Shown: piece after piece, positions 45,482 through 58,108 of the stretch
How positions within the stretch are numbered: position 1 is the stretch's first letter
Layout: every line of letters starts with the position of its first letter
Source: Diplonema japonicum
Taxonomy: Eukaryota > Protista > Euglenozoa: Diplonemea
Direction: 5' to 3'
NCBI GenBank assembly: GCA_964019335.1
Contig: OZ025701.1
Span: forward strand, 434,001 to 498,000
Length of the DNA stretch: 64,000 nucleotides
Program-made: the position numbers and the translations under genes
The notes under the pieces: model-generated
What the model saw: the letters and a program-made list of their open reading frames with translations, nothing else
Told to the model about the DNA's origin: nothing
The model's database searches: none

Positions 45482-45531
45482 CCCGCCCTCCTGTGTGTGT
45501 GGGGTGCGAAAAGGGGTATCACATGTAATAA

Positions 45532-46005
45532 CTACTTGAGGATCTCCATCAGGTTTCCAAGCACCTGATCGTTGGTACTGCGCACGGAGTGGGGGCCGTA
45601 TGGGGGGAGGATCTCCGCTGCGCCGTCTAGGACAGAGACAGTCCCCTGTTCCTCAGTGGTGAAGGGGAGGCGGGCATGCGTGAGCCGTGCTGTGACCTCC
45701 TGCAGCGTTAGGGTGCTGCCTGTGGTCTCGCTCATGAGCTCTCCTAGCTTAGCTGCTGCCTTCAGGTGGGAAGCTGTCTCTTCAGGCGATGCTGCTGCCC
45801 GACTTATTTTGATGATTCCATGGCCGGTGACTACCACCACACGAAACCCCCCACTCTCGCCCTCACCCTTTCGCACTACCAGCACACTGCACCCCGTCTC
45901 AGGATCGATATTCCACAGCAAGCCTCGCACGTCCTGTGCCTTGCATCGCTTCTCCTTGGTCACTTCCACATCCACCACCTGCCCCACGAGCTGCAGGGCT
46001 GTCAT
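45532..46005 (-). CDS. GEMIN6: Gemin6-like SMN-complex protein (Sm-like + AD domain)
   Basis: GLLWNIDPETGCSVL, VVVTGHGI and ILPPYGPHSVRSTNDQVLG motifs. Confidence 0.75.
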   Translation of the reverse strand: MTALQLVGQVVDVEVTKEKRCKAQDVRGLLWNIDPETGCSVLVVRKGEGESGGFRVVVVTGHGIIKISRAAASPEETASHLKAAAKLGELMSETTGSTLTLQEVTARLTHARLPFTTEEQGTVSVLDGAAEILPPYGPHSVRSTNDQVLGNLMEILK

Positions 46006-46734
46006 GGTACTGAAGGTGTATAGAAAGATGTGAGGAGAAAATATAATAAAATAAAGATAGCTTTTCAAAAAAAAAAAGAAAAGATAATAAATAGTTATAG
46101 TTATAAAATGTAAAGGCGAGGGAGAAGTGGGGGGGGGGGGGGGGGAGAGAGAGGGGAAAGGCAAAAAAGAAAAAAAAAGAAGAAGAAAAAAGAATTAAAA
46201 AAAAAGAACTTTTTTTTGTTTAACTCCTTTTTTTTCCTCTCCTTTTTTTTAAATGCCTTATAAATAGATTACCCCCCCGTTGCATGGGGGGGGGGGGGTA
46301 GAGGAATCTAGAAGGAAAAAAAGGAAATAAAAAAGGACGGGTAAATGGCGTTAAGAAAATTTAAAAAAGGGGTGGGGTGGGGTTGTGTAAAGAAAAAAAG
46401 AAAGATAGAAAGTCAGGGGGGGACTTTTATTATGAATGACGGCTACGATAGAGAAAAGGGGGGGGGGGGTGATAAATACACGTAAGAAGCTACGATAGAA
46501 AAAGGGGGGAGAGAGAATTTTAGCATTGGTTTGTTCCCCCCTTTTTTTTTCTCCCTTACGCGAGTTTGTTAAAAATGGGGCAAAACACTTACTCGGGGGA
46601 TTTGAGTGTTGCTTTGTATTTTTTTTTTTTCGCTTTTTTTTTTTTAAGCAAAGCACCAAAAGGCTCAGTGATGGTAAGAAAGGATGGGGGGGAATGCCAG
46701 GCTCTTACCAACACTGATATTGTTTCGCGCAGTG

Positions 46735-46769
<35 letters not shown>

Positions 46770-46859
46770 ACACACGAATGCCGCTTTTGTCAAAGAATGA
46801 AAAGGAGGGGGTGGGGGGGGGGGGGGGGGGGGAAGGTTTTCAAAAGAAGATTTTTCGAA

Positions 46860-46895
<36 letters not shown>

Positions 46896-47276
46896 ACCCA
46901 ATACCCTCTAAAAAAATGACCAAGAAAATCAAAATCTGCCGGGTTAGGGCACTTCTGAGCACTTGTTAATGCTTTTGAAGACAAAAAAAAACCATTTTAC
47001 CACTGCTATGTTGGCAAGGAAACGCGTTTCCAATCTTTTTTTTGAAAACAAGGAAACGGAAACGTTTCCAACATAGCCCTGGGGGGGAGGGGCAAAAAAA
47101 AAACAAAAGGATTGAGAATCACTTATTTCTTCGTGACATAAAAAGGAGAAAGAGAGAAAGTTGCCCCGTGGGGAAGAAATTATTTTTCTTTTTTCATTTT
47201 TTTTTCTTCTTCTCTTTCTTTTTTTTTTTTTTTTAATCTCAATTAAGAGAATTTTATTGTGTGTGTGGTGTGGTGT

Positions 47277-47476
47277 NNNNNNNNNNNNNNNNNNNNNNNN
47301 NNNNNNNNNNNNNNNNNNNNNNNNNNNNNNNNNNNNNNNNNNNNNNNNNNNNNNNNNNNNNNNNNNNNNNNNNNNNNNNNNNNNNNNNNNNNNNNNNNNN
47401 NNNNNNNNNNNNNNNNNNNNNNNNNNNNNNNNNNNNNNNNNNNNNNNNNNNNNNNNNNNNNNNNNNNNNNNNNNNN
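47277..47476. other. Assembly gap (200 N)
   Basis: Run of N. True length and adjacency across the gap are unknown. Confidence 1.
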
Positions 47477-47527
47477 TTGTTTACTTGCATCAGGGAAAAC
47501 GACCCTTCAAGAGCAACATGGGATTCG

Positions 47528-47600
47528 CAAAAAATTATGGTTTTGACAAAATTATGGTTTGACAAAAGTTTGGTTTTTGACAAAATTATGGTTTTGACAA
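47528..47600. repeat. Short ~17-bp tandem repeat (CAAAATTATGGTTTTGA) x~4
   Basis: Four imperfect units just after the gap. Confidence 0.8.
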
Positions 47601-48654
47601 CAGGGGGGGGGGGGGGGGGGGCTTTTTGTAATTAATAATTAAAGAAACGAAAAACTAGCCGGCTCTGCCCGAGGGAAAGGAGGTTTTTCAAAAAAAAAGT
47701 GTTTTTTTTTTCCCTTAACCGTTATTTTTTTTTTGGTTGGAATTTTTGGGGAAGCTTTTATTCCCCCCCCCAAAAAAAAAAGAGTCAGAGCGCAGAACAA
47801 CTGACAGGGGGACAGGGGGGGTTTTTTTTTCTCTTTTTTTTCAAAAAAAGAGAGGAGGGCTTGCGAAAGAAATTTGCGCTGGGTGCCCAAGAGGGGTAGT
47901 GGGGGGAGAGTGGTAGGGGGTAGCAAGGTGTAGCAAAATCAAAGGGGGAAAAAAAAAAATAACAATAAAAATAATAATAAAAAATACTTGCAACCTAAAA
48001 ATAATTTTTTTTTCTTTTTTTTTTGGATCGGAACGGTGATATTCGAGAGCTTCCCTTGCGGGTCTCTTTCAATTACCAGAACTACTACTCACTTGGGTTT
48101 GGCCGCTAGTAGTAATGAAGGTTATGTTTTGAATTTTCGAAGCGAAGGTGAAGTGGGTCCCTTCTGGCTTTTTTTTTCCCACTTACTGAAAAAACCCATC
48201 CTAAAAAAAAAAAAAAAATCTTAAATGTTTATTTTAATAGGTTGCAAGGCAGGAAAAAGCCATTCCACAATTTTTAGTAGCCCATTGAAACAAGGGGGGG
48301 GGGGGGGGGGGGGAGGAACAATTATTGAAAAAAAAACAGTGGCGAGGGGGGTGCAAAAAAAATGAAAGCGATGTTTGAAGAGACAAGCGCCACTGAGGGA
48401 CCAATCTTTTATGTCTGGAAAAAAAAAAATGAAAAATAAAAATCCACAAGTTTCTTTTTTTTTTAATATTATTATTAGACAATAATAGCACTTTGTTGTT
48501 GTTGTTGTTTAGGTAGACCTTTGTTGAGGGGGAAAAAAAAAGAAGAAGAAGAAAAAAAAAGACTTAATTGAAAGAATTAAGTCACAGTAAAAGCAAGTTA
48601 AAGGGAGGGGAAAAAAAGGAAAGAAAAAAAAAATCAAAACAAAGAAAAGGAGAG

Positions 48655-48685
<31 letters not shown>

Positions 48686-49576
48686 GCTTTAGAATAAAAA
48701 AAAAGCGTGAGTTTTGTTCTCAAAGCAGGAACCATTAGGACTTTATTCCTCCTATCAGATTTTTTTAAAGGGGGGGGTTTTTTTTTTCTCTTTTTTTCAT
48801 TTTTTTTTCTTTTAACAAAGCCAGCACGAGGGCTCAGTAAAAAAAAAAGAAATTGAGGGGGTGGAAAAAAAAAGGGGGGGGGGGAAATACTTCGCAAGGG
48901 AAAAGGGAGAGAAAGGAAGGGAATTGGGTGGCCAAAAAAAAAAAAAAAAAAAAAAAAAAAGAAGAAATAAACAAATAAGATGATTTTTTTTTTTCTCTAT
49001 TCCATCTTTATGCCTTGCGGAAACAATGCTAAGTACTAATTTTTCTCACGATTTCTAGGGGGTGCAACCCCCTAAACCGAGGAGAAATGTTTTAAAGAAA
49101 AAAAAGCACCTCTTATCTCTTTAATTGAAATAAAATTCATCATTCGTTGTGAATAAAGTGAAATAAGTTACTTTTTTTTAAGGGGGTAAATAAATATATA
49201 TTGCAAACCCGCAAAAAAGGGGGATAAGTAGTTTCTTCACTCGGCAGAAAATAGGGACACAAAAAAGAAACCAAAAGAGGAGGAGGAGGAGGAGGAAGAG
49301 GAAGAGGAAGAGGAGGGGGGATAACTGAGAGATTATTTTTCCGGGGCACAAAAAAATAACGAAATCTACAGCAAGTACGAATAAAATAAACAAAAAGAAA
49401 TCTGTGCTTTGTCGCTATTTCTGCAGTACTTCCCTAGCTCTGACTCAAAATATCACCCCATTTTGTTTTCGCTTTTTTTTTTTTTTTTTTTTTTTTCCCT
49501 CTCTTTTTTTTTCTCTTTTTTTTTTCTCTCTGAGCACTTTTTCTTCTTCTTTTTTTTTTTCTTTTTTTATGGCTGC

Positions 49577-49622
<46 letters not shown>

Positions 49623-50858
49623 AAATTGGGAGAAAATGAAAATATTTCACAATTTTGAAACGGGAAAAAAAAACAGGGGGGGGACAGCATTGTAGCATTT
49701 TATGTATCGTGTTTTTCTTTTTTGCTTTCACTTATTCTTTTTTTTTTTGAAGAGGGTCAGGCTGTGAAATAAGTAGTAATACACCGACTCGTTGAATTGT
49801 GTGGTTTTTCTTTTTTTTTTTCTCTTCTTTTTCTTCTTCTTCTTCTTTTTGCCTTCTTCTTCTAAGGAGCGTAAGGGAATCACTTTGCAATACAGAATAA
49901 CTAAAGCAAAGGCCACTTTTTTTTTTTCTTCAGTATATGTATCCTATTTTGTGTATTTTCTTTTTTTTTTTTTTTTTTTTCCTCCCTCTTTTTTTCTTTG
50001 TGGGGAATCGAAGAAGTGCCGTGCTGAATGCTGTAATATAATACTTTATCCTTCGGCGTGCGAGAGGCCTGGCTCAGGCACCTTGGACACTGCTTTTCGT
50101 GCCCCTACCACCGAGAAAAACGCCAAAAAAAAGAAGAAAAAAAAAAAGAAATAGATCTGACAAAAAGAAACTGAGCAGCTTGAAGAAGAACGCGAGTAGA
50201 ATAGACTTTGGTGCATGTCAGTGACCCCGCTCAGGCAGCAGTTTCCTTGAGTAAACCCGGACACCCAAGAGTACCAAGATTCTGCTGATGGGCAGTTTGA
50301 CAAAAAAAAAAAAAAAAAAAAAAATCACAAGAAATAAAAAGGGGGGGAAACGTTGATCCGTGATAGTCCAGCCATATACCAGGAATAGAGCGAGGGTGAA
50401 GGAGTTTTCAGTATATTTTTTTCCTTTTTTTTTTTTTCTTTTTTTTTTTTTTCTTGGAGTACCACAACGTGCAAGACAACGGCAGTCCTCCCCCCTCTCC
50501 CCCTTTCGTCTCTACTCCCGACGTGCTTTTTCTTCTTCTTTCTTTCGGGCTAGACTTTTTTTTTTCTTCTTTTGTTCCCCCCTTCTCTTATTATATTTTC
50601 TTTACAGCTACTAGCATCATGTGTCGGGGGGGGGGGGGGGGGGGGGAAGCATCAGAGAAAAAAAAAGTGGGAACCCCCCTTTTTCCCTTTCCCTTTCTTG
50701 AACCCATGGTACGTGGTAATTGATCAGGCAGCAAGAAAGAAAGAGGGAAAGCCGTGGGAAGGGAGGGGGACTCGGTTGGCATGCAGCACCGCAGCAAGAG
50801 GGGAAGAAAATGCTGAGCGGAAGATGTACACTGCAGGCCAAGAGAAAAAAAAAAAGGC

Positions 50859-50919
<61 letters not shown>

Positions 50920-51983
50920 CTGCACAGAATCAACCAGCTGCGATGCCAACCAACACCCGATGTGCCGATAACAACAAAAGAGAAGAGAGTTTAAAAAAAA
51001 AAAGAAAAAAACCGCAAAAAGAACAAAGCGTGGACTTCTGTGTCCTATGACTTCCAATAAAAAACAAGCATGGCAGAAAAAAAGGGGGGGGAGAAACCTG
51101 AAACCAAGACCCGCAGAAGAAAGAAAAAAAGGGGGGGGGGAAGAAGTGACCGTCCTTTATTTTATTCATCTTTATTAATATCATCTTCTTCCCCCCCCTC
51201 TTCTCCACTCCTTTTTTTTTTTTTCCCCGGGTGTGCGTGTGCGAAGTGGGAGAATGAAAAAGAAAAGTCTATTTTCCCCCGATTTCTTTTTTTCAAATTG
51301 TGGTTAAATTCATGGTTTTTTTTTGGGGGGGGGCAGGAAAGGAATATTCTTCCTTCCTTTCGAGATAAAAAAAGGGGGATGGCAGGCCAACCAACATGCA
51401 TAAAAAATGAATCGCTGAACAACGCAAAGAGAGCCAAAGGAAGGAGAGAGCTAAGTAAGCCTTAGTAACTTAAAAAGAGCAGGAATGAAAAAAAAGGGGG
51501 GGGGAGGGTGCCCTATATTCATCAGGCCGATCGCACCAGCCCGGCTTAAAGAAAAGCCATTACAATTCACTTGGCTGCAATCATTCATATCATGAATCTA
51601 ATGTGAAAAGAAAAGGGCTGGGAGAAAGGTGGTCGATGGTTTAAAAAAAAAATTAAAGGAACGAGATGTTCGTCCTTTTTTTTTCTTTTGCACATGGGGA
51701 TGGGGACGGGGATGGGGGTAAGTGTTGAGACCTTAACAAATATAAAGGAGGGGGGCAAATTGGCCATGGGGTTAAGGAAAGAAAAGAGGCGAGAAAACTT
51801 CTTGCGAGCCTTCCGTAGGAGTAAGAGACACATGATGCTTAAAGAAAGGGGGAGGAGGGAAGGGGGTTTTCTTTATTATTATTATTATTATTATTATTTT
51901 TTTTTTTTTTTTTTTTTTTTTGCTTCTGCACTCGATCGTGCCAAAAATCTTTTACACAAACAGGAGAGGATAAATGAACTGGG

Positions 51984-52029
<46 letters not shown>

Positions 52030-53534
52030 ACAGAAATAGTACTTAGCCTAAATTGGGAGGAAATCAAAAAGAAATCAAAAAGAAATCAAAGAATTATTAC
52101 TGGGGGGAAGGGAACGGGGGGGGGAGGGGGCAACTGAGCCGAATGACGTTTCCAACAGTGTTCTTTTTACAAAGGAACCCATAAGATGAGTTGATATAAA
52201 GCATGCGTGCAAAGGCAAACAAAAGCCGCCACACGTACAAAGAAAAAAAAAAGAAGAAAGAAAAAAACACTCGTCTTAGTTGCCCCTCCCCCCCTTTTTT
52301 TTCGGGGAGAAAAAACAAATTTTGTCGCTTTTTTTCCCCCCCCCCCTTTCTTTTTCTTTTTCTAACTATTTTGTACCTTCTTCACAAAGCACGTGAAAAG
52401 CGAGAGTACACCTTGCTGTTCGCACTGCAGAGCGAAGGAGGGGAAGGAGGGGTTTGGAAAAAAAAAAGTAGAATTCAAGAAAAAGATATACTGGGGGGGA
52501 AGACGGCAAATATTCGATTTGTTAACCTCAAGGTGCCACAAGCCAGTCGGCCCCAAAGTGCAATCAAACGATTTGCTTGGAGTGAGCTTCTGGCTTGTGC
52601 GGCGCCACCTCTCAGCACATGGTGTGCCTGGTCCCCGTTTCCTCGCGGTAGGGTGGGGGGGCATTTTTTCCCATCCATGTAACCCTTGTTTTGAAAGGTC
52701 ACGTCAGTGCCATCTCGTCACCCTGACACAAACTTCCCTGAATGACTCGCTTCAAGGGAGGTGTCGTAAAGCACCTAGACCCCGGCCAAAGGTCTTGCTG
52801 CCCCATTTAGAAAAAAAAAAAAATATAAAGTGAAGGTATGCTTCTTCAAAGCACATTTAACAATATAAAAAAATAAATAAATAAAAAATAAAAACAGATA
52901 GGTATAAAAGAATGAAATAAAATAAAATAAAGAAAGCCCCCTCCCTAGATGCGAGGGGGATTAAGTTAAACAAAGGAGTTTTTTTTTTTTTCTTTTCTTT
53001 TTTTTCTTTTTTTTTAAGAATTATTGTGACTGTGTAAATCAGGAAAGGAAAAAAAAGGGGGGGGGAGTTTTGTGGAATAATGCGTTTCGAAAAGCTGGAG
53101 GAAATTGGTATTGAACTATCCAAAACAAGCATCAAAAAAAAGGGGGAGGGGGAATGGTGCAGAGTATTTAAAAAAGGAAAAAAAAATCTTATTTTTCTTC
53201 TTTTTTTTTCTTGTGGTGGATTTTTACTTTTTTTTTTTTCTTATAGATGGATAGTGCAATTCAACGACCACCCGAAAGGGCTCCAGGCTTTATTAAGCTC
53301 TAGAAATGCGGGTTTTTGGAGGCCGGTCAAATATTTGCTTTAAAAAACTTTCAGAGGTGTCCTTTAGGACTTAGACCAAAGACGAAGGGAGGTACTAGTG
53401 CCACACTGGCAAGCATCTCGTTGATGCTACTTCTTGCTCACACGCAGGCCAAGGGTCCATTGTGCTGTGAGGAAGATAAGTTTAGAGTCACAACGAGGTA
53501 CGGTCTCCCCTTCCGAGGGGCCTTCATTGCCAGT

Positions 53535-54194
53535 TTAAAAAAGCTGTTCTTGTGTTTTAAAGCGCAGTGCCCTGACTGCGTTGGCGCTGGACCCCGACAC
53601 CTTGTCGTCCGTGGCCTCAATGTAGCGATACATGCGGTGGTACTGTGACACTGTGACTGTGACCTCCCAGTCAAGCGCCTCGAGGAAGGCACGCTCCAAC
53701 CTGTTGATGGAGGCAAGGCTCACGTCGCCGACTGTTGCATAGAAGGTGTTGCTGTAAAAGGAGTCGGTGGTCGTCTTGATAGCCACCACCAGTGACGCCA
53801 GCAGCAGGCGGTGGATGTTCTGCTGGTTAGGAGCTGTCCCTGTCCTGTCGAAGTACCTTGTCAGCAGTTCCATCCACCCCATGAAGATTGGGACTGTGAT
53901 CTTCGCCCCTCTGTACAGCCTCCTTATGTACCCCCCTGCTCCTAGCCGTGTGGTGGTGCCCCTGGGAAGGTTGAACACTGACTCCTCCTCATCCCAGTAG
54001 ATCGTCTCGTCCAGTTTGTCGTCAAGCATAGCCCCTGCCTTCTCCACAACATGCGGGACTTGTTTCTTGTTTTGCTGCCCTTCCAGCGACGACCCGCTAC
54101 CGTGTCGTGACAGGCTGGAGCCGCTGCCCTCCCTTCGCAGCCTAGCAGCATCCATGCTTCCTCTGCGCTGCCTTGTCGTCTCGATGATGCTCAT
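53535..54194 (-). CDS. PHO80/U-type (PREG-like) cyclin
   Basis: YIRRL...NIHRLLLASLVVAIK...DSFYSNTFYATVG..SLASINRLERAFL motif. Confidence 0.88.
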   Translation of the reverse strand: MSIIETTRQRRGSMDAARLRREGSGSSLSRHGSGSSLEGQQNKKQVPHVVEKAGAMLDDKLDETIYWDEEESVFNLPRGTTTRLGAGGYIRRLYRGAKITVPIFMGWMELLTRYFDRTGTAPNQQNIHRLLLASLVVAIKTTTDSFYSNTFYATVGDVSLASINRLERAFLEALDWEVTVTVSQYHRMYRYIEATDDKVSGSSANAVRALRFKTQEQLF

Positions 54195-54266
54195 GTTTCT
54201 AGTGTAGCTGTGCGGCGTGAGTTGAGGTAACTAAGTATTGCTTTGTTAGAATGACTGGAACTGGAA

Positions 54267-55407
54267 CTAATCGTTTTCGCTGCGCCCCCTCGCCGGTTCC
54301 CCGTCGTCGTCGTTCCCGCCCTCAGCCCCAGCCCCAGCCTCTGCCTCAGCCCCATCCCCAGCTCGTTGGTTTTCTTGTGTTGTATCTTGCTGGTTTTCTT
54401 TTTCTGTTGTGCCTTCTCCTTTCTCTCCTCCCTCTTGCTCGTCTTCGTCCTTGTCTGTCTCGCCTGTTTCCCCTTCTTGCTGTTTTCCCTTAGCTGTCTT
54501 CGTGTAGACTGATGTTATCGGTGCGTTCCAAGCCTCGAGCACCTCCACCTGTGTGATGTGGTGTTGTTGTTGTTTTTTCTTTTTTTTTTTTTGTGCTACA
54601 CACCTGCTCGATGAACCTGTCGATATCCTCTTTGGTAGGCTCCCCTCCGTTAGAGCAGATAAGCTCAGGCACCTGTATTGTGGGTGGTGTAGCGTTGTGC
54701 ACACCTCCTCTTCTTCTTCAAGCTGCCGCGTGACGTGCTCCATGACAACGTTGTCGATCTGCCTGTTGATCCACAGCTGCTCGTCGTCGGTGAGGGCGGG
54801 GTCCCGTTCTTCGACTTCGGTGGTTTCCTTTTGCACCATGCCGCTGCGGTAGGAGGGCACGGTGGGGGGACAGGGGCGTGTCCAATGCTGCTCAGTGGCG
54901 TACTCGTAGTAAGGGGACATGGCCTGCATGTTCTGCTCCATCCATTCGTCTGGAAGGTCAGGCATGGACGGGATGTCAGGTCGGTACTGCCGCAGGTCGT
55001 ACTGTTATGTTTGTGTTACATGCACAGCACCATACCTCAGGCCCGTAGACCTCCATGTACGACTCGCACGACAGGTTGTGGTGGTGGTACATCATAGCAA
55101 AGTGATGTGCCATAGCCTGGTAGTGGTACCTTGTCATCTCCCCGTGATGCTTCACCGCTTCCTCGGGGTCCTCTGGGGCCTCTCTCTGTTCTACTTCAGC
55201 CGCCTGTATTCTGGTCTGCCTCTCCCTCTCTCTGGTGGCATTCTCTTGCTGTTGTCGTTGTTCTTGTTGAAGTTTAACAAATAAGTCTGAGCTCTGGTTT
55301 CGCTTGCTCTTCGGAGTCAGCACCGGCAGTGGTCGGTCACCGCTCTTCGCCGCCCACGGAGGGGGGCCACCCGCCCAACCCTTGCTCGCCTTCTTGTCAC
55401 CGCTCAT
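54267..55407 (-). CDS. Hypothetical low-complexity protein, 339 aa, introns 55002-55035, 54673-54704, 54549-54603
   Basis: Three GT-AG introns join track ORFs into one frame. No family recognised. Confidence 0.65.
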
Positions 55408-57456
55408 TATGAGCGAGAGGTTATTCTACGCCGCGGGTCCTTACCTCCTGCGATACATATGTTGGGTAAAGGGTAGAGGTGGGAAGAAGAAGAAAAAGAG
55501 AAATGAAAAGAAAAACAAATAAACAAACAAATGAGAATAATAAGAGTGAAAAAAAGTTGGGCGGGGGGAGGGGTGGAAAGGGGTAAAGATGGGTTGAATG
55601 GGAAAAGGGGGAGGGGGGACAGTGTTCAATTGGGGGGCGGGGGGGGGGGGGGGGGGGGAGCAAAGAAGTGTCAATATTTGGAATTTCGTCTTCTTCTTTA
55701 ATTCCCTTCTCCTCATTACCTGGTAGTTCGGAGCCAAAAAAAAAAGAGGGTGTCCAATTAGGGGGCCTTTATTTTTACTTTTTTCGCGAAGAACCATATC
55801 CCAAAGAACGGTCCCGAGTGGTGGGTGGGGGTGTAAAAAGAAGAGGGAGGGGGAGGGGGAGAGCAGACATGCACCATGTGCTATCTCTGTTCTTTTCCTG
55901 TTTTATTATATATATATATATTTTTAGTACACCCTTCTTTTTTTTTTCTCCCCCACTTTCCAGGGAACTCGTAACTTAACAGCCCCTAACGATTGGACCG
56001 CAGCACCTGCACGTCTCCACCCATCATGAGAACGCAAGGGGCAAGGGACAGGGGGCACAAGTTGCATAGGATCTTCACAAACAATCTTTCACCCCCACCC
56101 CCCTCCCGAGTGCAGTGAAGTAATTTCGAGAAGAGTGAAATAAAGCTACTTATTTTTTACTCGTTGTGTCCCCCCCCCCCCCCCCCCCTGCTCGTGTTAG
56201 GCAATAAATAGCTTTTTTCCCCTCTTTTTTTTCTCCTCTTTTCGTTTCATACTATAACCCTCTTACTTCTTCCCAGAAAGAACCCTAAAAAAAGAAATAC
56301 ACGGGACAACTGCCCCCCCCCCCCCCCCCCCCCCCGTCCTTTTCCAGACGCGGTCTTTTTAATTGCTAGCTTTTTTTTCCTATCCTCCAATAACAAAAAA
56401 AGAACCAAAACGTTCCGTGGTGAAAAGAAAAAGAGGGGGTGGGGTGGGTGCATGTGACCTGTACACCTTTCATAGGGAAATAAGCTGGCTTCAGTATAGT
56501 TCTTTCTTTCTTTTTTTTCTCTATTTCTTTCCACCAAAACAAAACAGATGGGGGGGGGGGGGGAGGTTTTCCTAATTTGTTTTCTTTTACTTTTTTGTAT
56601 TCCCTGAAAATCTGTCTGGAGAACGGTAGTGAGGGAAGGCGAAAGAAAATGTAAACGGGGAGGGAGGGGTGACCCAAACGAGAAAAAAATGGGGGGGGTT
56701 GGATGGGCACTAACTTCTTTCGTCCCAGGCACATCAAATCTGTAGACGTTCACCAAACTGCAATGGACAGAGGGGAGGGGGGACACAGACCACTGTACCT
56801 TTAGCAACACATAAGGAGGCAAGGGGAAGAAAAAAAAATCTGCAGTTAACATGAGGAAAGCCTTAGTCGACAGGAACAGCTCTGCTCAGAGGAAATATAA
56901 AAAGGGGGGTCTTTCATTGCAAGTTTCTTCTTCTTCTTCTTATTTTTTTTTCTAATTTGGGCCTTTCTAGAGAGAGAGAAAGTGTTGGGGAGGGGGGAAA
57001 GAAGGTAGTAATGCTATGTCTATTTATTTCATATGGTCTCTACAACCTTTACATGTAAGAGGTGGGAAGAGTTACCTTAGTCCAGTTTACTACTGTTTCT
57101 TTTTTTTCACGGATACTGAGCCGAGGTGACTATAAAGGGCTCCTGAAGCGCACGGAAAAGGGAGGAGAAAAAGTGAGTGGGGGGGGGGGGGGGGGGGGAG
57201 GGGGGGTGCCTTCCTTTTCCCCTTTTAAAAAAGAAAATCATTCATACAAACCCAAAAAAAAACCTTTACCAATGAACCAAAAGTTCTAAAATAAAAAATT
57301 GGGGGGGGGGCGAAGAACAGAGGAGAGGAGAAAAATTCTTTCGGTTTACTAAAATGACCTGAATTAGAGGACAGGGAGGGGGGAACAAAGTTTCACTATG
57401 ATTGGGTCCAAGAGAAAAAAAATGAAACTTTTTTTTTTTTTTTCCTTCACAACCTC

Positions 57457-58072
57457 CTAGCTTTCCATCCACTTGTCTGCAAGGAGCTCGGTGCACGAGG
57501 GTCGTTTGATAGGGTTGCGTTCGAAACACTTTATGGTTTTTTTTTTTTCTTTTTTTCTTTTTTTTTTCCCCTTTCATACTCGAATCAAGAAGTTCCGTAT
57601 CTGCTTCTGCAGGTCAGATGGAAGAGGAGGCGGTTCGGTAGACTGTGCGATGTGGAAGATAGCAGCCCACATGTTCTCATGCTGACTAGACCAGGGCGGG
57701 CTGCCTGTGACCATCTCCACTATGGTGCAGCCCACGCTCCACACGTCGACCTTCGTGTCGTAGGCACCATCATCACACGCTGTGATGACCTCAGGTGCCA
57801 TCCAGTACGGGGTGCCGACCATCGTGGTGCACCCGTGTGTCCTGCTGACCATGTCATCAATGCACTTCGACGTTCCGAAGTCCGCAATAGCGCAGTCTCC
57901 GCTCGTGTCGATGAGGACGTTCGCTCCCTTCACGTCTGCAGTGCGTTGATGGTTCTTCCATCTTCATACCTCTGTGCACTACTTTCCTCGAGTGCAGATA
58001 CTCCAGCCCCCAGAGAAGTTGCCTTGAGTATTTCTTTACCAGATCCTCTGGCAGCTTGCCGTTATGTTTCGC

Positions 58073-58108
<36 letters not shown>

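Noticed and set aside
45491-45535. Intron fusing Gemin6 to the cathepsin-like gene (and similarly bromodomain gene to DNAAF6)
   Set aside because: The GTAGT donor is atypical here and the spliced products are out of frame with the downstream gene.
46000-53400. Many poly-F/K/P/G ORFs in the track (also 26-28 kb, 30-31 kb, 38-40 kb)
   Set aside because: They are translations of homopolymer runs with no family motifs.
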